Virus record (IMG/VR): IMGVR_UViG_3300046660_000385
Location: 32,001-96,000 of that record
Source of the DNA: a virus
Length of the DNA stretch: 64,000 bases
Strand: one strand, 5' to 3'
Made by a program: the position numbers and the translations under genes. Under the pieces are notes generated by a model. The model was not told the DNA's origin. It ran no database searches and saw nothing but the letters and a program-made list of their open reading frames with translations. The first letter of the stretch is position 1; each line of letters starts with the position of its first letter. Below are positions 48,301 to 57,300 of the stretch, piece after piece.

Positions 48301-51300
48301 TCAACGAGCTGTCGTCGCGCCGCGCCGAGGTCCTGAAAACCGTGCTGCCCGAGGCGCGCCTGTTCCAGGAGAACGCCGAGCAGCTGCACAACATCCTGCC
48401 GGCCGACGTCAAGCCGAGCGTGATCCTGATGAACCCGCCGTTCTCGGCGACCGCCGGGCGCATGCAGGGCGCGCGCGACACCAACAACGGCGCCACCCAC
48501 ATCGAACAGGCCCTCAAACGCCTGCAGGAAGGCGGGCGCCTGGTGGCGATCGTCGGCAGCGGCATGGCCGCCGACCGTCCGGCGTTCAAGAGCTGGTGGA
48601 CCAAGATCCGCCAGGACTATAATGTACGCGTCAACATCACCGTCGACGGCAGCAACTATGCCAAGTACGGCACGACGTTCGACAACCAGATCCTGGTCAT
48701 CGACAAGACCGGCCCGACCACGGCCGCGGTCGTCACCGGCGAGGTGAAAACGCTGGCCGAACTGCCGGCACTGCTGGAAGGTATCCGCAATGAACGAAAA
48801 GCTGCTGAAGGTACGGATGGCGCGCACCCTTCTGGTCAACCAGATGCCGATCAACAGGGCGGCGATCGAGTTCCTGCCGGGCAAGAAGCCGCTGGCGACC
48901 GAGCCGGCGGTGCTGACGCTGATCCGGTGGGGACTGGACAACGGGATCAATCCGATTCCGGTGGCGCCGGGCTACCCGGACATCGACAGGATGGAAGCGC
49001 AGGTGGACGCGATGGCGAACAGGTGGGAGCCGAGGCGGGCGGTGAGGTTTCTGACCAACCCGGAAAGCCAGGACCCGCTGGACGTGGTGCTAACGGCCGA
49101 GGAACTGGCGGCCTCGGCAACACCCGAGGACGCAGCGGAACTGCTGATCGAGAATCTGTACCACGCGATGGTGGCCAACAGCCCGTAACCGGCGAAGTCA
49201 CGGTCGAAGCGTCCGACCAGGCCGCCGCCACCGGCGAGCTGTCGGACGCGATCTTCGAGAACTACACCCCGCAGCGCTTGTCGATCCCGGGCGCCAAGCC
49301 GCACCCGGGCAAGCTGGTCCAGTCCGCCGCCATGTCGGCCGTGCTGCCCCCAAGCCCGTCCTACGCCCCGAACCTGCCGAAAGCCGTGATCGAGAAGGGC
49401 CTGCTGTCACTGGCCCAGCTCGAGGCGGTGGTCTACGCCGGCCAGGCGCACCAGCAGATGCTGCCGGGCGGCGAGGTGCGCCGCGGCTTCTTCATCGGCG
49501 ACGGTACGGGTGTTGGTAAAGGCCGCGAGATCGCCGGCATCCTGCTGGACAACCAGCGGCAAGGCCGCAAGAAAGCGGTCTGGCTGTCGGCCAAGCAGGG
49601 CCTGCTGCGCGATGCGAAGCGCGACTTCGCGGGCGTCTCGGGCAACCCCGACCACATCCTGGCGCACAACAAGGTCAAGGCCGGCGAGAAGATCGACGCC
49701 GACAGCGGCATCCTGTTCACGACCTATGACACGCTGCGGATGGGCAGCGACATCAAGAACAACGCCCCGGGCCTGGCCGGCCCCGGCACCATGAGCGCCG
49801 AGCAGCTCAAGGCCACCTACCCGAAAGGCACGCCGATCGAGTGGCGCGGCCGCAGCGGCACCCTCGAATCGTGGGATACGCGCGGCCACAAGGCCAAGAT
49901 CTCCCTGCCCAACGGCGTGCAGACGACCGTGCGCTTCGACGAGCTGAAGGTGAACGGCCAGAGCGGCTGGGGCGGGATCGACCACGTCAAGAACGACAAG
50001 AAACTCGATTCCAAGTCGCGCCTGAACCAGATCGTCGAGTGGCTGGGCAAGGACTTCGACGGCGTGATCGCGTTCGACGAAGCCCACAAGATGGGCAACG
50101 TGCTCGAACGCAAGGGCAAGCGCGGCAAGACCAAGCCGTCGGCCACGGCGCTGGCCGGCGTGGCGCTGCAGGAAGCGCTGCCGAAGGCGCGCATCGTCTA
50201 CGTCTCGGCGACCGGCGCCACCGAAGTGCACAACCTGGCCTACGCGACCCGCCTGGGCCTGTGGGGCGAGGGCAGCGCGTTCGCCAAGGTGACGGACTTC
50301 GTCGGCGGCATCGAATCCGGCGGCGTGGCGGCGATGGAACTGGTCTCGCGCGACATGAAGGCACAGGGTTCGTACCTGGCCAGGTCCCTGTCGTTCGACG
50401 GCGTCACCTACGACCGCCTCGAGCACCAGCTGACCCCGCTGCAGAACGACATCTACAACGAGCTGGCGCGCGCCTGGCAGGGCGTGCTGCAGAACGTCAA
50501 CGCCGCGTTGGAGGCCACGCTGCAGAACAAGGACCCGAAGGCGAAAAGCAACGCCCTGTCCGCGTTCTGGGGCAACCACCAGCGCTTCTTCAGCCACATC
50601 ATCACGGCCATGCAGATGCCGACGATCATCGAGGCCGCCCAGCGCGACCTGGACAACGGCCACGCGGTCGTGATGCAGCTGGTGAACACCAACCAGGCCG
50701 AGCAGGACCGCCAGGCCGCCAAGATGGCCAACGACGACGAGGCGATCCCCGAGGACTTCGACTTCACCCCGCGCGACACGCTGCTGAACTATGTGCGCCA
50801 CTCGTTCCCGGTGCAGCAGCACGAGGAGTACACCGACGAGGAGGGCAACAAGCACACCCGCCCGGTCGTCGACTCCAAGGGCAACCCGGTGTTCAACCAG
50901 GAAATGGTGGCCAAGCGCGACGCGCTGGTGAAGAACCTCGAACAGATCCGCGTGCCGGACAACCCGCTCGACATGATCGTGCGCGCGTTCGGCGTCAGCA
51001 ACGTGGCCGAGATCACCGGCCGCTCGCGCCGCTTCATCCAGGAGCAGGACCCGAAAACGGGCGGCTTCAAGGTCGTCGAGCAGAAGCGCCCGGCGTCCGC
51101 CGTGCCGGCCGATGCCGACGCGTTCATGGACGACAAGAAGCGCGTGCTGGTGTTCTCCGACGCCGGCGGCACCGGCTATTCGTTCCAGTCCGACCTGGGG
51201 GCGAAGAACCAGCGCCGCCGCATGCACTACCTGGTGCAGCCGGGCTGGCGCGCCAACAACGCGGTGCAGGGCTTCGGCCGCACGCACCGCTCGAACGAGG

Positions 51301-54300
51301 CCAATCAACCGCACTACGTGCTGCCGACCACGAACCTGAAAGCGCAGAAGCGTTTTATCTCGTCGATCGCACGGCGCCTGGACCAGCTGGGCGCACTGAC
51401 CAAGGGCCAGCGCGAGACCGGCGGCCAGGGCCTGTTCGCGGCCACCGACAACCTCGAATCGCAGCACGCCGCGGACGCCGTGCAGGCGTTCTTCGTCGAC
51501 ATGTACAACGGCACGGCGAAACTCAACTTCGCCGAGACCACGGCCGCGCTGGGCCTGAACGGCCTGATCGACGAGAGCACCGGCGCGCTGATCTACGGCA
51601 AGCTGCCGGAAGTGCCGAAGTTCCTGAACCGCCTGATGTCGCTGGAAACCCACCGCCAGGACGAGGTGTTCGAGGAGTTCTTCAACCGCCTGACGGAAGT
51701 GATCGAGCGCGCCAAGGCCAACGGCACCTTCGACGCCGGCATGGAGACCCTGCGCGCCGACAAGGTGACGAAGCTGCGCGACGAGGTCGTCTACGAGGAC
51801 AAGCGCACTGGCGCCAACACCCGCTATGTCGAGCTGGAACTGACCCACCCGACGCACTTCAACTCGTTCGACCAGGCCCAGTCCGAGATCGTCCGCTGGG
51901 GCGACAAGTTCCTCGGCTTCTTCCGCAACGAGAGGACCGGCAAGGTGTTCGCGCTGATGCGCACCGGCACCTCGACCGACGCCAAATCCGGCAACGTGGT
52001 CACGCGCGGCGCGCAGCTGCGCACGACCGGCGGCTACCGCTACGGCGACGAGGTCGACAAGATCATCAAGGGCGCGCGCGGCGAAAAGACGGTCAAGAAA
52101 ACCGTGGTGCCGATGCTGTACTCGCCGCCGACCAACGAGGTGCTGACCGAGACCTACACCAACACGAACGACAAGCAAATGACGGTGTCCTCGCACCGCC
52201 TGGCCGACCTGCTGATCCAGCGCGGCCTGGAACGGGTCGAGCAGACCATCCTGGCCGGCCCGTCCGGTTCGGAGCGGGACGCGTTCATCCGCCTGCTGGA
52301 CAAGATGCGCCCGCACCTGGTGGCGCAGAAGGAGACCGAGCGCCAGGTGCCGGCGTTCGTGCGCCTGACCGCTGACGCGGCGCGCTCCGAGTGGGATGCC
52401 GAGGTCGCCGCCACCCCGACGACCTACACCAGCAAGACGCACCTCTTGACCGGGATGCTGCTGCCGATCTGGGACCGCCTGCCGGGCGACCCGCGCGTGG
52501 TGCGCACCCAGACCGAGGACGGCGAGCGCCTGCTGGGCCGCGTGGTATCCGAGCGCAACCTGGACCAGACCCTGAAAAACCTCGGGGTCGGCTCGAACCT
52601 GTCGAAGGTCGCACCGAGCACCGTGCTGCAGCGCCTGATGGATGGCCAGCGCGGCATCCTGGCCAACGGCTGGCTGCTGCAGAAGGTGCGCGTCTCGAAC
52701 GACAGCCGGATCGAGATCAGCGGCCAGTCGCTGGCGTACAACCGCGCCGAGCGCGAGCTGCTGACCAACAACGGCGCGTTCGTCGAGCGCATCAACTGGC
52801 AGGAGCGCGTGTTCATCCCGACCGGGGAGCAGGGCGTCAAGCTGCTCGAGAAGCTGCTGGAATACAAGCCGCTGGTCGAGCTGGGCAAGCCGGCCGAGGC
52901 CCAGACCGAGGACGAGGACGCCGAGTTCTCGCGCGGACGAAGCGACACCGGCATGTCCAGGGGCGACGTGCAGAACGTGGTCGCGCCGATCGTGAAGGGC
53001 TGGCTGAACGGCCCGAAAGTAACTGTCGTCCAGAGCGTGGCCGACCTGCCGTTCAAGGCACCTAGCGACACCCGCGGCGCGACCTACCAGGGACAGGTCT
53101 GGATAGTGGCGGACAACCTCGGACACGCCGGCGAAGTGCAGTTCGTGCTGGCGCACGAGGCGCTGGGCCACATCGGCCTGCAGGCCCTGCTGGGCAAGGA
53201 AGCGCTGACCCGCGAGCTGAACCGCCTGCGCCTCATCAACCCGGAGCTGGCCAAGGCCGCGCGCGAGCAGGCCGCCACCTTCGGCTACGACCTGAACCTG
53301 GCCACCGAGGAAGCGCTGGCGGATCTGGCCGGCACCGGCAAGACCATCAACGGCTGGCAGAAGTTCGCCGCGCTGGTGCAGAAAGCCCTGCGTCAGCTGG
53401 GCCTGGACCGGGTCGCCGACTGGATGGAGGGCAAGACCCAGGCCGAGACCATGTCCTTGCTGGCCCGCGCCAGGGAGGCGGTCGAGGGTTCGCGCGCCGC
53501 GCGCACCTTCGGCAACATGGAGACCGCCCGGTTCTCGGACGGCATGAAGTCGCCCTGGTTCTCGCAGCTGGCGCGCCAGATCGAGCGCCTGCCGCAGAAG
53601 TCGGCCACCGCCCTGCAGTGGGGCGAGACCATGATGGGCAGCGGCTTCGCCCAGAAGGGCGTCAAGCAGGACGAGATCTACTGGACCGGCGTGATGGACT
53701 GGCTGCTGATGCAGGGCGAGAACACCAAGGTCACGAAGGCCGCGCTGCTGGACTACCTGGCCGAGAATGGCGTGCGCGTCACGGAAACGATGCACAGCGA
53801 GGAAGTGCCCGAGCCGACCCCGGAAGGCCTGGCCAAGCGCGAAGCGGTGCTCGCCAAGTACAACGAGCGCCTGGACGACCTGCAGGAGCGCATCCTGGAC
53901 AGCGACGAGACGCCCGAGCGCCTGGCGCTGCAGGAGGAGTGGTCGAACCTGATCGACCAGCGCAACATCGAGGCCGACCTGGCCTACCGGCTGCCGTCCA
54001 ACCGCTTCCAGCGTCCGCGCTACGCCAGCTACACGCTGCCGGGCGGCGAGAACAACCGCGAGCTGCTGCTGACCCTGCCCGCGCGCGAGCCGTCCTTCAA
54101 GCTGGACGACTACATCGGCGAGCTGAGCGACAAGTACGGCTGGGAGGTCCAGGGCAACATGCGCCGCCCGGGGTGGACCGAGGACGACCTGGCGCCGGAC
54201 GAGCGCACCAGGCTGCACGCGCTGCAGGAAGAATCGCTGCAGGAGGACAACGAGCGCACCCGCAATACCTTCCAGTCGAGCCACTGGGACCAGAAGAACG

Positions 54301-57300
54301 TGCTGGCGCACGTCCGCTTCAACGACCGCACCGACAGCGAGGGCAAGCGCGTACTCCACGTCGAGGAACTGCAGAGCGACTGGGGGCAGATCGGCAAGCG
54401 TGACGGCTTCAAGGGCGACCCGGTCCCGCCGGCGGAACTGGACGCGGCCGCCAAGGCCGCGCGCCAGGTGCTGAACAGGAACGACAACCTCGGCTTCGAC
54501 TACACGATCGAGGCGATGAGCGCGATCGAGCACCACAACGACTGGAAACACCGCTGGGAGCTGGACACGCCGTCGGACTATGCCGTGGTCGACCACTACC
54601 GGCAACTGTACATGTTGAACGCGCTGGCCAATGCCGGCGTGCCGCAGGCGCCGTTCGTCGGCAAGACCGAGGCCTGGCTGAACCTGGCTTTGAAGCGCGT
54701 GATGGTCTACGCCGCCGAGAAGGGCTACGACCGTGTCTCGTTCGTCACCGGCGACCAGGCCGTCAACCGCTTCAACCTGTCGCAGCAGGTCAAGGCGGTC
54801 GAGGTCGAGAAGGCGGTCGGCGAGCCGGGCTACCGCGTCAACATCACGCTGCTGGACGGCGAGCCGCACGAGACCTGGGCCAACGATGACCACGACCTGG
54901 TCAACCTGATGGGCAAGGAGCTGGCCAGCAAGGCGATCGACCAGATCAAGGCCGATCCGTTCAGCGCCGCCCGCTTCACCGGCGACAACCTGAACCTGGG
55001 CGGCCACGGCATGCGCACGTTCTACGACAAGATCGTGCCGAACGCGGTGAACAACCTGATGAAGGGGCTGGGCGGCGGCCGCGTGTACGAGGGCGACGTC
55101 ATCCACAAGGAGCCGTACGACCCGAAGCCGGGCACGACCAACTACGTCGACGAGGACGGCCGCCTGGCCTACGCCAACCACGGCGTCACCGGCGACCCGG
55201 ACTTCGGCGCCAACAACTACTACCCGTACAAGGGGTGGAGCAGCCAGCCGGTGATCGACATCACCGACACCATGCGCGAGAAGGTACAAGGCGGCCTGCC
55301 GCTGTTCTCGCGCAACGTCGAGGACACCGGCCCGCTGCCGGCGGCGAGGGACGAGGCCAGCGTGCGCCTGTCGCGCGCCACCCCGCAGCAGCTGGCGCGC
55401 CAGGTCGGCGACACGCTGAAAACCAACACGGTGACGAAGCTGGGCCGCACGCTGTCGCACTACCGCTCGATCGGCCTGCAGTTCCTGGGCCGCCTGCAGC
55501 TGACCGAGATCTACGGCAAGCTGTTCCCGCAGGGCGACCGGCCAAACATGCTGCAGTTCTACAGCGAACTGGCCGCGTTCATGGACGCCGAAAAGACCGA
55601 GGGCGGCAGCAAGGCCGACGCCATCGTCGACCGCTGGGCCAAGCTCAAGCGCGCCGACGAGCTGGCCAGCCTGATGCACGACAGCACCCGCCGCGAGATC
55701 GACCCGTCCGAGGCCTACGTCACCGGCGACAACTACACGCACTGGAAGGAACTGAACGCGCGCTACGAGGCCCTCAAGAAGGCCGAGCCGGAAGCGATCA
55801 AGATCTTCCACGAGGCGGCGCAGATGTACCAGACCCACTACGCCAACGTGCGCCAGGCCGTGAAGGACCGGATCGACCGCACCCTGACGGCGCACCCCAA
55901 CCGCAAGAGCCTGATGCGCCGGATGGAGCAGGAGTTCTTCGGGCGCGGCATCAAGGGCGTGTACTTCCCGCTGGCGCGCTTCGGCGACTACGTCGTCACC
56001 GTGCGCTGGGTCGGCAAGGACCCGAAACCGGGGCAAAGCGTGGTGCGCGAGGCCGTCATCTTCGCCGAGACCCTGAACCAGGCCGAGGACGAACGCCGGC
56101 GCCTGCTGGCCGAGTACCCGGCGTCCAAGGGCTACCAGGTGATGCCGGTGACGAAGCGCGCCGAGTTCAACGCGGCCAGGGATTCCGTCTCGCGCGGCTT
56201 CCTGAAAAAGCTGTACGCCGCACTGGACGACGCGGGCCTGCAGGACCCGTCGCTGCAGGACACGATCAACCAGCTGTATCTGACCAGCCTGCCGGACCTG
56301 TCCTGGGCCAAGAGCGGCATCCACCGCACCGGCATGCCGGGCTTCAGCCAGGATGCGCGCCGCGCGTTCGCCCACCACATGTTCCACGGCGTGTCCTACC
56401 TGGCCAAGCTGAACTACTCGGACCGGCTGGCCGAGGTGCTCGAGGGCATGCAGAAGTTCGCCAACGCCAACGCCGCCAACCCGGACTACGACCACGTCAA
56501 GGCGCAGCAGGTCATCGACGAGATGCACAAGCGCCACGACAACTACATGAACCCGAAGGGCAACCAGCTGTCGACGAAGCTGACCTCGTTCGGTTTTGTC
56601 TGGTTCCTGGGTGCGTCGCCGGCCTCGGCGCTGACCAACCTGCTGCAGACCCCGACGGTGGCGCTGCCGATCCTCGGCGGCCGCTTCGGCTACTCCAAGG
56701 CGACGTCGGCGCTGATCGAGGCGTCCGGGCTGGCGATGCGCGGCCACAACGACATGGGCAAGATCCTCAAGGGCGACGAGAAGCGCGCCTGGGAGGAGTG
56801 GCTGCGCATCGGCCTGGTCGACCTGACGATGGTGCACGATCTGGTCGGCGTGGCCTCGGGCCGCGACAACCAGCTGCACGGCAACATGCGCAAGGTGATG
56901 AAGGTGGCATCCTTCATGTTCCACCACGCCGAGCGCTTCAACCGCCAGGCGACGGCGCTGGCGGCCTACCGGCTGGCGCGCAAGGACGGCATGAACCACG
57001 ACGACGCGTTCCGCGCCTCGGTCGAACTGACCAAGGCCTCGCATTTCGATTATGCCTCGTCAAATCGCCCGCGCTTCATGCAGGGGTCGGCGGCGCAGGT
57101 CGTGTTCCTGTTCAAGCAGTACAGCCAGAACCTGATCTACACCTTCGCGCGCAACGCGAAACTCGCGTTCCAGGGCGACCGGCAAGCGCAAAAGACGCTG
57201 GCCGGCCTGCTCGTCACCCACGCGATCGCGGCCGGCATCATCGGCCTGCCGGCGGTGTCGACGCTGCTGGCGGCCGCGTCGATGCTGGGCGGCAGCGACG

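Noticed and set aside
48788-48802. AAAAG near the nested gene start as a programmed frameshift
   Set aside because: A -1 slip would not enter the +1 frame, and the nested ORF has its own ATG and SD-like sequence
33771-57044. Very long minus-strand ORFs (5059 aa at 33771-48950; 2545 aa at 49407-57044)
   Set aside because: Antisense shadows of GC3-biased plus-strand genes; V/L/G/R/H-rich with no motifs, while the sense frame has clear domains
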